Below, one piece after another: positions 1 through 11,350 of a DNA stretch of 64,000 nt. The stretch is from Malacoraja senta (taxonomy: Eukaryota): positions 7,008,001-7,072,000 of the forward strand of contig CM075995.1 of NCBI GenBank assembly GCA_038087875.1, written 5' to 3'. The position numbers and the translations under genes are program-made. Below the pieces are notes generated by a model, which was given only the letters and a program-made list of their open reading frames with translations, had not been told where the DNA came from and did not search any database. Every line of letters begins with the position of its first letter. Positions within the stretch are counted from its first letter, which is position 1.

Positions 1-1566
1 TTCACCCAGAGAGATGTGAATTTGTGGAATTCTCTGCCACAGAGGGCAGTGGAGGCCGATTCACTGGATGCATTCAAAAGAGAGTTAGATAGAGCTCATA
101 GGGCTAGCGGAATCAAGGGATATGGGGAGAAGGCAGGAACGGGGTACTGATTGTGGATGATCAGCCATGATCACAGTGAATGGCGGTGCTGGCTCGAAGT
201 GCCAAATGGCCTGCTCCTGCACCCATTTCCTATGAGACATATAACGAACCTCCATCCAAATTTGGAGATGCATAAGCTCACACAAACAGCTAGCAGGGTG
301 GCGCAGTGGTAGTGTTGCTGCCTTACAGCGCGTACAGCGGGCTTCCTGTTTCCACCCACGCTCCAAAGATGTACAGGTTTGTAGGTTAATTGCTTCGGTA
401 AAATTGTTAAATTGTCCCGAGTGTGTGTAGGATAGTGCTAGTGGGCCAGGTGATGGCTGGGCTGGGCTGGGTCGGGTCGGTGGGCCGAAGGTCCTGTTTC
501 CAAGCTGTATCTCTAACGTCTAGAATTCTAAAGTCTACAGTGAAAAGCCTTTTGTTGCACGCTAACCGGTCAGTGGAAAGACTGGACACGATTACAATCA
601 TGTGTGTCCACAGTGTACAGATATAGGATAAAGGGCTACAGAGAATGCTTTTAGTCTTTTAGACTTCTCAGTGTTGGTTACTCACTGGGGCCAAACAATG
701 GAGGGACCTTTTGATTGAATATGAAAAAAATAATTTAGTTTGATTTACTTTAATTTACAGATACAGCACAGAAACAGGCCCTTCGGCCCACCAGGTCCAC
801 GCCATCCAGCGATCACCCCGTACACTAGCACCATCCTACACACACGAGGGGCAATTTACTATTTTTATTGAAGCCAATTAACGTCTTTGCAGTGCGGGAG
901 GAAACCGGAGCACCCGGCGAAAACCCACGCAGGTCACAGGGAGAACGTACAAACTCCGTACAGACAGCACCCGTGGTCGGGATCGAACCCGGGTTCTCCG
1001 GTGCTGGGAGGCAGCGACTCTACCGCTGCGCCTCCGTGCCACTGCTTTGCACCTGGTTGACATTCACAAGGAACAGCAGATGCTGGATTACACCAAAGAT
1101 AGACACAAAGTGCCGGAGTAACTCAGCGGGTCAGGCAGCAACCCTGGAGAGCGTGGGAAGGCAATGTTTAGAGTCGGGACCCTTCTTCAGACTGATTGCC
1201 GGGCAGTGGGAAAGAAAGCTGCAAATGAGATTTTCATTTCGAAAAAGGTCCCGATCTGAAACAATGCCTTTCCATGTTCTCCACGGATGCTGCCAGACAC
1301 GCTAGTTATTCCAGCACTTTGTGTCTTTTTTTGTAAACCAGCACCTGCAGTTCCTTGGCTCCACTATCTAGAGTCTAACGGCCTGGAATATCGAGATGTG
1401 ACATTTAGTGATGAAGGAAAATGAGATGCTTATATCTTGACGGAAAAATTGGGAATTAGGTTTAATGTCATCTGTAATTGTTCTGCAGTGGTTGTCACTT
1501 ATACAAGAAGATGCCTGTCTATCTCCAGTTTTTGCTTCTTCACCCAAACACGAGAATTGAAATGGA

Positions 1567-1741
1567 ACACGCACACACATGCACACACTCACACATGCAC
1601 ACACACACACACACACGCGCACACATGCACACACGCACATGCACACTCACATACGTGCACAAATGCACTCACTCACATATGCACATACACACACTCACAT
1701 TCACACACACTCACACTCACACACACACACACACACACACT

Positions 1742-1772
<31 letters not shown>

Positions 1773-1911
1773 AAACACACTCACACAGCACACACACAAA
1801 CACACACACGCACACTCACACTCACACACACACTCACACACTCACACACACACACACTCACACACAAACACAAACACACTCACGAAGCATGCTCTCACTC
1901 ACACACACTCA

Positions 1912-1944
<33 letters not shown>

Positions 1945-2058
1945 ATTCACACACACACACACACTCACTCACACTCACACTCACACTCACACACTCACAC
2001 ACACACACACTCACACTCATTCACACACACACACACTCACACACTCACACACACTCAC
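1567..2058. repeat. Compound (CA)n/(CACACT)n microsatellite
   Basis: Directly visible; generates the spurious HT-rich ORFs. Confidence 0.98.
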
Positions 2059-2205
2059 GTATAGTTCCAGCCTTTCGCTAGGCCACAGCCTAAGTGACGG
2101 CAGGTCACTGAATGAACGACTCCGTTGCAGTTTGTCACAGAAGGTGTCCCGCAGAGCATCTATAAATGACAGCCGCAGCCTGTTTGCTGACGGCTTCAAG
2201 CATTT
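2059..2205 (-). CDS. RIPOR2: RIPOR2-like symmetric exon, 147 nt (KCLKPSANRLRLSFIDALRDTFCDKLQRSRSFSDLPSLRLWPSERLELY)
   Basis: Weak ccaag acceptor, TAC|gtgagt donor; RSRSFSDLPSLR motif; phase 0/0. Confidence 0.88.
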
Positions 2206-3419
2206 CTTGGATGCCAGAATTCACAGTTAATACATGTCATAAAGGGTTACCAGAAGCAGCGAAACACTTAAAAATGTCCATTATATAAAAAGGTCCAATT
2301 GAAGCATGTATACAGATGCGCCGCAGAAAGCATTTTATCGGGATGCATCGCAGCATGGTTTGGGAACAGCTTCATCCAAGACCGCAAGACATTGCAGCAA
2401 ATTGTGGACGCAGCCCAGACCATCACACAAACCAACGTCCCTTCCATTGACTCCATTTATACCTCATGCTGCCCTCGGCAAGGCCAGCAGCATTGTCTCT
2501 ACTGTCCCTGGAGTGTATAGGGTAGTGTTAGTTTAGCTTAGAAATACAGCGCGGAAACAGGCCCTTCGGCCCTGTAAGTCCGCACCGACCAGCGATCCCC
2601 GCACACTAACACTATCCTACACACCAGGGACAATTTACACTTATACCAAGCCGATTAACCTACAAACCTGTACGTCTTGGGAGGGTGGTAGGAAACCGGA
2701 GATCCCGGAGAAAACCCACGCAGGTCACGGGGAGGACGTACAAACCCCACGCAGGCAGCACCCGTAGTCGGGATCGAACCCGGGTCTCAGGCGCTGCAAG
2801 CGCTGTTAGGCGGCGACTCTACCGCTGCGCCACCGTGCCGCACTAAAGTGCGAGGGTCGCTGGTCGGTGCGGATCAGTGGACCGGAGGGCCTGTTTCCGC
2901 GCACTATTTCTAAACTAAACTAATCTGTGGAATTTATCTGTGGAATTCTCTGCCACAGAAGGTAGTTGAGGCCAGTTCATTGGCTATATTTAAGAGGGAG
3001 TTAGATGTGGCCCTTGTGGCTAAAGGGATCAGGGGGTATGGAGAGAAGGCAGGTACAGGATACTGAGTTGGATGATCAGCCATGATCATATTGAATGGCG
3101 GTGCAGGCTCGAAGGGCCGAATGGCCTACTCCTGCACCTATTTTCTATGTTTCTATGTTTCTATGTTTCTAAAGATGATCAGCCATGATCACATTGAATG
3201 GTGGTGCTGGCTCGAAGGGCTGAATGGCCTACTCCTGCACCTATTGTCTATTGTCTAAACTAAGCTAAACACAGCAACAAAAGACAGCAGTTAAACGCAG
3301 AAAACAAGGAAGGTTAGAACCTACAAACGGGCTACAGACACGCTCTTTAAATGGGGCTTATCTAGCGCTGGGCATAACAATTTGATCTTGACATCTTGTT
3401 AAGAGAGCACTTTACTTAC

Positions 3420-3549
3420 CCAGAAGGAGAAGGCTTCAAAGGTGGGAGTTTCCGGTGTACCCTGGCTGCATATGGAACTACGACGCTGGAGATTGGAGGC
3501 TTTGTGCAGATTGCCAGTGGACGGCGTCAGCTCCTCTTTATCGAATGGA
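3420..3549 (-). CDS. RIPOR2: RIPOR2-like exon, 130 nt ([44 protein letters not shown])
   Basis: atcttcag acceptor, TGG|gtaagt donor; [10 protein letters not shown] motif. Confidence 0.95.
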
Positions 3550-4374
3550 CTGAAGATAACACACTTCAAGAGTCAAGACTGGGGACTAGGTGGACTGATT
3601 GTCATTTATTCTCATTTGTCCCAGATACAACATTTAAATTCTTACTTGAAGCAGCACAACAGAATATGTGAACACAGTGCACTGTAAACAATATATTGAA
3701 CACACACATAATATATACGCACACATGTATATATTATGTTTGTGTGTGTATGTATGGGTCAGACTGAAGAAGTGTCTCGACACGAAACTTCACCCATTCC
3801 TTCTCTCCAGAGATGTTGCCTATTTCCTTCGCTCCATAGATGCTGCTTCACCCGCTGAGTTACTCCAGCATTTTTGTCTACCTTCGATTTTCCAGCATCT
3901 GCAGTTCCTTCTTAAACATGTTGCCTGTCTCACTGAGTTTCTCCAGCATTTTGTGTCTCTCTTCTATGTTCTTTCAAGTTCAGAGTTCAGAGATACAGCG
4001 CGGAAACAGGCCCTTCGGCCCACCGAGTCCTTGCCGACCAGCGATCCCTGCACATTAACACTATCCTACACGCACTAGGGACAATTTACACATGCACCAA
4101 GCCAATTAACCGACAAACCTGCACGTCTTTGGAGTGTGGGAGGAGACCTGAGATCCCGGAGAAAACCCACGCAGGTCACGGGGAGAACGTACAAACTCCG
4201 TACAGACGGCGCCCGTAGTCGGGATCGAACCCGGGTCTCTGGCGCTGTAAGGCAGCACTAACTCTACCGCTGCACCACCGTGGCCGCCTAACTAAAACTC
4301 AAAGCTAATTCCACAGTAGCTGAGATACACTGCGGACATTTCCGGGATAATAGCAATCAACGACCAATACTTAC

Positions 4375-4523
4375 TACCAGATGACCTCCAGGTTTAGCTT
4401 CACAGTTCCAAGGTCATTGACGTCCACGGCCACCATTTGAGGCTGGGTGGTGAACAGGTCTTTTGTTTCACAGGTGACACTGCCAACCAGGAGATGTGTT
4501 GCCAATCCCTTCAACTCTGATAC
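4375..4523 (-). CDS. RIPOR2: RIPOR2-like exon, 149 nt ([49 protein letters not shown])
   Basis: (TC)n tract plus gtccag acceptor, TA|gtaagt donor. Confidence 0.95.
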
Positions 4524-4628
4524 CTGGACAAAGAGAGAGAGAGAGAGACATTGGGTGGAGAAACAATGTCAACCTCCTTCAGGCTCGTCCTGAAGTCATG
4601 CCAAAAGTGATAGGAGCAGAATTAGGCC

Positions 4629-6116
4629 AGACCAGTTAGTCTAACATCGGTGGTACACAAAAATGCTGGAGAAACTCAGCGGGTGCAGCAGCATCTATGG
4701 AGCGAAGGAAATAGGCAACGTTTCGGGTCGAAACCCTTCTTCAGACTGGTAGTGACTAACATCGGTAGTGGGGAAACTGCTAGAGTTAGTTATTAAAGAT
4801 GGGATAGCAGCACATTTGGAAAGTGGTGAAATCATTGGACAAAGTCAGCATGGATTTATGAAAGGTAAATCATGTCTGACGAATCTTATAGAATTTTTCG
4901 AGGATGTAACTAGTAGAGTGGATAAGGGAGAACCAGTGGATATGTTATATCTGGACTTTCAGAAGGCTTTCGACAAGGTCCCACATAAGAGATTAGTATA
5001 CATACTTAAAGCACACGGTATCGGAGGTTCAGTATTGATGTGGATAGAGAACTGGCTGGCAGACAGGAAGCAAAGAGTAGGAGTAAACGGGTCCTTCTCA
5101 GAATGGCAGGCAGTGACTAGTGGGGTACCGCAAGGCTCAGTGCTGGGACCCCAGCTATTTACAATATATATTAATGATCTGGACGAGGAAATTGAATGCA
5201 ACATCTCCAAGTTTGCGGATGACACGAAGCTGGGAGGATGCTAGGAGGCTGCAAGGTGACTTGGATAGGCTGGGTGAGTGGGCAAATGCATGGCAGATGC
5301 AGTATAATGTGGATAAATGTGAGGTTATCCACTTTGGTGGCAAAAACAGGAAAGTAGACTATTATCTGAATGGTGGCCGATTAGGAAAAGGGGAGATGCA
5401 ACGAGACCTGGGTGTCATGGTACACCAGTCATTGAAAGTAGGCGTGCAGGTGCAGCAGGCAGTGAAGAAAGCGAATGGTATGTTAGCATTCATAGCAAAA
5501 GGATTTGAGTATAGGAGCAGAGGTTCTACTGCACTTGTACAGGGTCTTGGTGAGACCACACCTGGAGTATTGCGTACAGTTTTGGTCTCCTAATCTGAGG
5601 AAAGACATTCTTGCCATAGAGGGAGTACAGAGAAGGTTCACCAGACTGATTCCTGGGATGTCAGGACTTTCATATGAAGAAAGACTGGATAGACTTGGCT
5701 TGTACTCGCTAGAATTTAGAAGATTGAGGGGGGGATCATATAGAAACTTACAAAATTCTTAAGGGGTTGGACAGGCTAGATGCAGGAAGAATGTTCCCGA
5801 TGTTGGGGAAGTCCAGAACCAGGGGTCACAGTTTAAGGATAAGAGGGAAATCTTTTAGGACCGAGATGAGAACAAAAAATTTCACACAGAGAGTGGTGAA
5901 TCTCTGGAATTCTCTGCCACAGAAGGTAGTTGAGGCCAGTTCATTGGCTATATTTAAGAGGGAGTTAGATGTGGCCCTTGTGGCTAAAGGTATCAGGTGG
6001 TATGGAGAGAAGGCAGGTACAGGATACTGAGTTGGATGATCAGCCATGATCATATTGAATGGCGGTGCAGGCTCGAAGGGCCGAATGGCCTACTCCACCT
6101 ATTTTCTATGTTTCTA
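4629..6116 (+). mobile_element. CR1-clade (HER1-like) LINE, 5'-truncated, frameshifted RT
   Basis: [56 protein letters not shown]; (TTTCTATG)n tail; nested in a minus-strand CR1 3' end. Confidence 0.93.
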
Positions 6117-8247
6117 TTCGGCCCATCAAGTCTACACTGCCATTCAATCATGGCTGATCTATCTCTCCCTCCCAACCCCATTCTCCTCCCTTCTCCCCAT
6201 AACCCACAACACCCGTACTAATCAAGAATCTATCTATCTCTGCCTTAAAAATATCCACTAATGGCCTCCACAGCCTTCTGTGGCAAAGAATTCCACAGAT
6301 TCACCACCCTCTGACTAAATAAATTCATCCTCATCTCCTTCCTAAAAGAACATCCTTTAATTCTGAGGTCATAGCCACAAAATTAAAGGACGTTCTTTTC
6401 GGAAGGAGATGAGAAGGAATTTCTTTAGTCGGAGGGTGGTGAATCTGTGGGATTCTTTGCCACAGAAGGCTGTGGAGGCCAAGTCAGTGGATATATTTAA
6501 GGCAGAGATAGATAGATTCTTGATCGATTCTTACATCATTGACGTCAATTGGGTGTCAGAGGTTATGGGGAGAAGGCAGGAGAATGGGGTTAGAAGGGAG
6601 AGATACTGTAGATCAGCCGTGATTGAATGGTGGAGTAGACTTGATGGGCCGAATGGCCTAATTCTAGTCCTATCTCATGAACTTATGATCTGGAGAAAGC
6701 CCATGCAGTCACGGGGAGAACGTACAAACTCTGTGCAGACAGCACCTGTAGTCAAGATCGAACCCGGGTCTCTGACGCTGTGAGGCAGCTACTCTACCGC
6801 TGCGCCACCGTGCCATCCAAAGACGTACAGGTTTGTAGGTTAATTGGTTTTGGTAAAAGATATCGTAAATTGTCTCTAGTGTGGGATGGTGCTAGTGTAC
6901 GGAGATGGCTGGTCGGCACGGACTCGGTAGGGTATAGGGCCTGTTTCAACACTGTAAGTCTAACGTCTACCTAAAGAACATCCATTGAACGCACAGCGAT
7001 AAAAAATATACAGGATTCCTCAATGAGATCACGCTGAATTTATTGAAAACAGCCGGAGATGAGCAGAGACTCCTTCTAAGGAATTTTGAATCCTCCACTG
7101 ACGTTATATCGTCTGATAGCTTAAAAGGCAGTTACTTCAACCACAGAATGTATTGCTGTATTTCTGCAGTGCACTGATAAGAACATAGGGCCTGTAGCAA
7201 ATAATCGTTTAACGGCTTGATATTTTTTTCCCAATCGCAGCATCTAGCCTGCCTTTAAATTTACAGAAATAATTGGGTTACAGGGTGGTGCAGCGGTAGA
7301 GTTGCTGCCTTGCAGCGCTTACAGAGCCGGACACCCGGGTTCGATCCCGACTACGGGTGCTTGTGTGTTCGGAGTTTGTACGTTCTCCCCATTACCTGCG
7401 TGGGTTTTCTCCCAGATCTTCAGTTTCCTCCCACACTCCAAAGTTTGAGGGTTAATTGGCTTTGGTATAATTGTAAATTGTCCCTGGTGCGTGTAGGCTA
7501 GTGTTAATGCGCGGGGATAGCCGGTCGGCGCGGACTCGGTGGGCCGAAGGGCCTGTTTCCACGCTGTATCTCTAAACTAAACTACTCCAAAAAACTAAGT
7601 TGGGATTCCCTTCTCCCCCTCAACCCAAAAGGGGCGATCCTTAAGAGTGCTGTAGATAGGGTGACCAAGAAGGCTTTCAGCACGTTGGCCTTCATTAGTC
7701 AGTATTGAGTATAGAAGTTGGGAGGTCATGTTGTAGTTATATAAGACGTTAGTGAGGGCACCTTTGGAGTGTTGTGTGCTGCTTTTAGCACTATGCTATA
7801 GCAAAGATGTTGTCAAACTGGATGGACTGTCTCAAAAGTGAAAATGTTTTTCCTCATCTCAGTCCTAAAACCCCCTTATTCTTAAACTGTGTGGCCCCTG
7901 GTTCTGGACTTCCCCCAACATGGGAAACATTTTTCCTACATCTAGCCTGTCCGATCCCTTAAGAATTGTATTTGTTTGTATAAGATCTCCTCTCATCCTT
8001 CCAAATTCCAGTGAATATCTTTTTTGCTTTAGTCATAGAGTCATAGTGCAGGGAACCAGGCCCTTCAGCCCAACTAGCCCATGCTGACCAAGATGCCCCA
8101 TCTAAGTTTGTCTCATTTGCCTACATTTGGTCCATATCCCTCTAATCCTTTGCTATCCATGTACTGCAACCGTTTATTTCAATGTTGTTATAGTACCTCC
8201 TCCAGCAGCTCGTTCCATACACCCACCACCTTCAACGTGAAAAAAGT

Positions 8248-8565
8248 TGGCCAAGCTGGCCATCCGCGAGTCACGGCGCCAGGCGGAAGAGGGCTCTGTC
8301 CGAGCCAGCTGCCTGCCTCATTTCCGGGGTTACGTCCGCGCCCCGGGTCGTGTTGGAGAGGGACTGCGCCTTGTCCACGGGCACCCTGGGGGATTTCCGG
8401 GATCGTTGGACACCGCGGGAGGGTTGAATGCATCCTGGACAAGGATTGTATTGTAGTTGTTTTGTAGTTTACGTGATGTATCTGTTTTGTCTTGTACTAT
8501 GGTGGTGGGTTTCATTGTGTTGTAAATACTATTTTAATGTTTGAATAAATATTTTTGATTTTAAA
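8248..8565 (+). mobile_element. Tx1/L1-clade LINE extreme 3' fragment
   Basis: LAKLAIRESRRQA...FRGYVRAR, homologous to the 19.9-20.1 kb copy. Confidence 0.75.
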
Positions 8566-8689
8566 CAAATGTGAAAAAGTTGCCTCTCGGTTTCTTTTTA
8601 AATATTGTCCCACCCACCCCTAAACCTGTGGTTCCTGATTCCCCTACCTTGGGTAAAAGACTCCGTGCATTCACCCTGTCTGGTACCCT

Positions 8690-9198
8690 CATAGAAACAT
8701 AGACAGTAGGTGCAGGAGGAGGCCATTTGGCCCTTCGAGCCAGCACCGCCGTTCATTGTGATCATGGCTGATCATCCACAATCAGTAACCTGTGCCTGCC
8801 TTCTCCCCATACCCCTTGACTCCACTAGCCCCTAGAGCTCTATCTAACTCTCTTTTAAATTCACCCAGTGAATTGGCCTTCACTGCCCTCTGTGGCAGGG
8901 AATTCCACAAATTCATGACTCTCTGGGTGAAAACGTTTTTTTCTCATCTCAGTATTAAATGGCCTCCCCTTTATTCTAAGACTGTGGCCCCTGGTTCTGG
9001 ACTCGCCCAACATTGGGAACATTTTTCCTGCATCTAGCTTGTCCAGTCCTTTTATAATTTTATATGTTTCTATAAGATATCCCCTCATCCTTCTAAACTC
9101 CAGTGAATACAAGCCTAGTCTTTCCAATCTTTCCTCATATGACAGTCCCACCATCCCGGGGGTTAACCTCGTGAACCTACGCTGCACTGCCTCAATAG
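8690..9198 (-). mobile_element. CR1-clade LINE 3' fragment
   Basis: [31 protein letters not shown]. Confidence 0.88.
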
Positions 9199-9789
9199 AT
9201 CACCCTCGTCTTCCTGCGCTCTAGGAAATAACGTCCTCACCTGTTCAACCTCTCCCTGTAGCTCAGGCCCTTGAGTCCCGGGTCACATTATTGTATATCT
9301 TCATCGCACTCTTTCTAGTTTAACAGCATCCTTCCTAAAGGTGACTAAAACTGAACACAATACACGATATGTGGCCTCGCTAATGACTTGTACAACAACA
9401 TCTTTCTTTACCAGTGTTATCTGGCTGAGCGTTACCAGAGGCTTCTTCTGACTCATTTGCAACGAGTTTGGGGAACTTTGTCAAATTCTTGCGTCTTTTT
9501 GTGATGTTTTATTCCGTGTATTCATTTATTTAAACATCTGCACGTCTTTGCGGGCGTGGGAGGAAACCGGAGCACCCGGAGAAAACCCACGCGGTCACAA
9601 GGTATCGATTGTTATCTCCCCGTGTCCTTTCCGCTGACTGGTTAGCACGCAACAAAAGCTTTTCACCGCACCTCGGTACACGTGACAATAAATCAAACTG
9701 AACTGAACCGGGGAACGTACAAACTCCGCACAGCCCGACACCCGTAGTGGGGACAGAACCCGGGTCTTTGGCGCTGTGTGGTGGCAAGT

Positions 9790-10107
9790 GGGGGCAGCAC
9801 AGTGGCGCAGCGGTAGAGTTGCTGCCTTACATCCCTTGCAGCACCGGAGACCCGGGTTCGATCCCGACTACGGGTGCCTGTCTCTACGGAGTTTGTACGT
9901 TCTCCCCGTGACCTGTGTGGGTTTTCTCCGAGATCTTCGCTTTCCTCCCACACTCCAAAGACGTACAGGTTTGTAGGTTGATTGGCTTGGTATAAATGTA
10001 AATTGTCCCTACTGTATGTAGGGTAGCGTTAATGTGCGGGGATCGCTGGTCGGTGCGGGCTCGGTGGGCCGAAGGGCCTGTTTCCGCTCTGTATCTCTAA
10101 CCTAAAC
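9790..10107 (+). mobile_element. V-SINE (HE1-like)
   Basis: A box TGGCGCAGCGG, B box GGTTCGATCC, V domain, tail. Confidence 0.88.
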
Positions 10108-10197
10108 CTGCGCCACCCCAACATGTCTCAACTACCTCAATGAAAAGCAAAGTGGTCTCTGAGTAGCCCTGTGCTTCCACAAGTGTGTTTCACGCAC

Positions 10198-10323
10198 CTT
10201 AATAGAGAATAAATCATTAATGAGGGGAAAGAAAATGATATCTTCTCCGTCCCAGCTTTGTCGATCATTCACTTCAATCCTCCCTTTCAGTTTCCACTGT
10301 TGACGGCCATAACGCATAAAGAT
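10198..10323 (-). CDS. RIPOR2: RIPOR2-like exon, 126 nt ([42 protein letters not shown])
   Basis: Pyrimidine tract plus accaag acceptor, AAG|gtgcgt donor; visible in ORF 10132..10380. Confidence 0.95.
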
Positions 10324-11350
10324 CTTGGTAAAGATGGGGAGAAAGAAATAGATTAGTCTGCATGCAGGCGTACATTTCAAACTCCATTTCAGCGCTCAGT
10401 AAACAGCCTCACGTTCTGTTCTCACACCACCGGCCTCTCCGAGACGTGTCACCGTTCGATTAGCACCATTGATCATTCACAACAGGAACATCACTCGAAC
10501 TTGCAGGCTCAGCAAGTAAGTTAACGAGAAAAAAAATAATGTCGCAAAAAGCGCCAGACAGGGTTATTTTTACCATCGCGGAGCCGAGCTGACCCATTAT
10601 CACCTCAGCGAGGATCAATACGTCCTCTCAAAGGCAATTAGAGTCATAGTCACAGAGTCCTTGCCCAGGCCGACCAACATGTCCCATCTACAATGTTGGA
10701 GGGAAGAAACATAGAAAGCAGGTGCAGGAGTAGGCCATTCGGCCCTTCGAGGCAGCACCGCCATTCAATGTGATCATGGTTGATCATCCAAAATCAGTAC
10801 CCCATTCCTGCCTTCTCCCCATATCCCTTGATTCCTTTAGCCCCAAGAGCTAAATCTAACTCTCTCTTGAAAACATCCAGTGAATTGGCCTCCACCGCCC
10901 TCTGTGGCAGAGAATTCCACAGATTCACAACGCTCTGGGTGAAAACGTTTTTCCTCATCTCAGTTCTAAATGGCCTACCCCGTTATTCTTAAACTGTGTG
11001 ATCCCTGGTTCTGGACTCCCCCAACATGGGGAAAATTTTTCCTGCATCTAGCCTGTTCAATCCCTTAAGAATTTTCTCTAAGATTCCCTCTCATCCTTCT
11101 AAATTCCAGTGACTACAAGTCCAGTCGACCCATTCTTTCATCATATGTCAGCCCTGCCATCCCGGGAGCCTTTCAGGCTCCTGTGCCTTCTTCCCGATGG
11201 CAGGGTGAAACGAGTGTGCGGCCAGCAGTGGTGTGGGTCTCCGATGATGCTGGCTGCCTTTCTGAGGCAGTGTCATAGAGTGATACAGCGTGGAAGCAGG
11301 CCCTTCAGCCCAACTTGCCCGAGCCGACCAACATGTCCAATCGACACTAG

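Noticed and set aside
686..707. Possible 22-nt minus-strand microexon (aaaag|GTCCCTCCATTGTTTGGCCCCA|gtgagt)
   Set aside because: Would shift the frame after the phase-0 exon and shows no recognisable RIPOR similarity; needs RNA-seq
1368..2230. Long His/Thr-rich and Val/Cys-rich ORFs (also 35163-36091, 14963-15409)
   Set aside because: Translations of (CA)n and (TCCA)n microsatellites, not proteins
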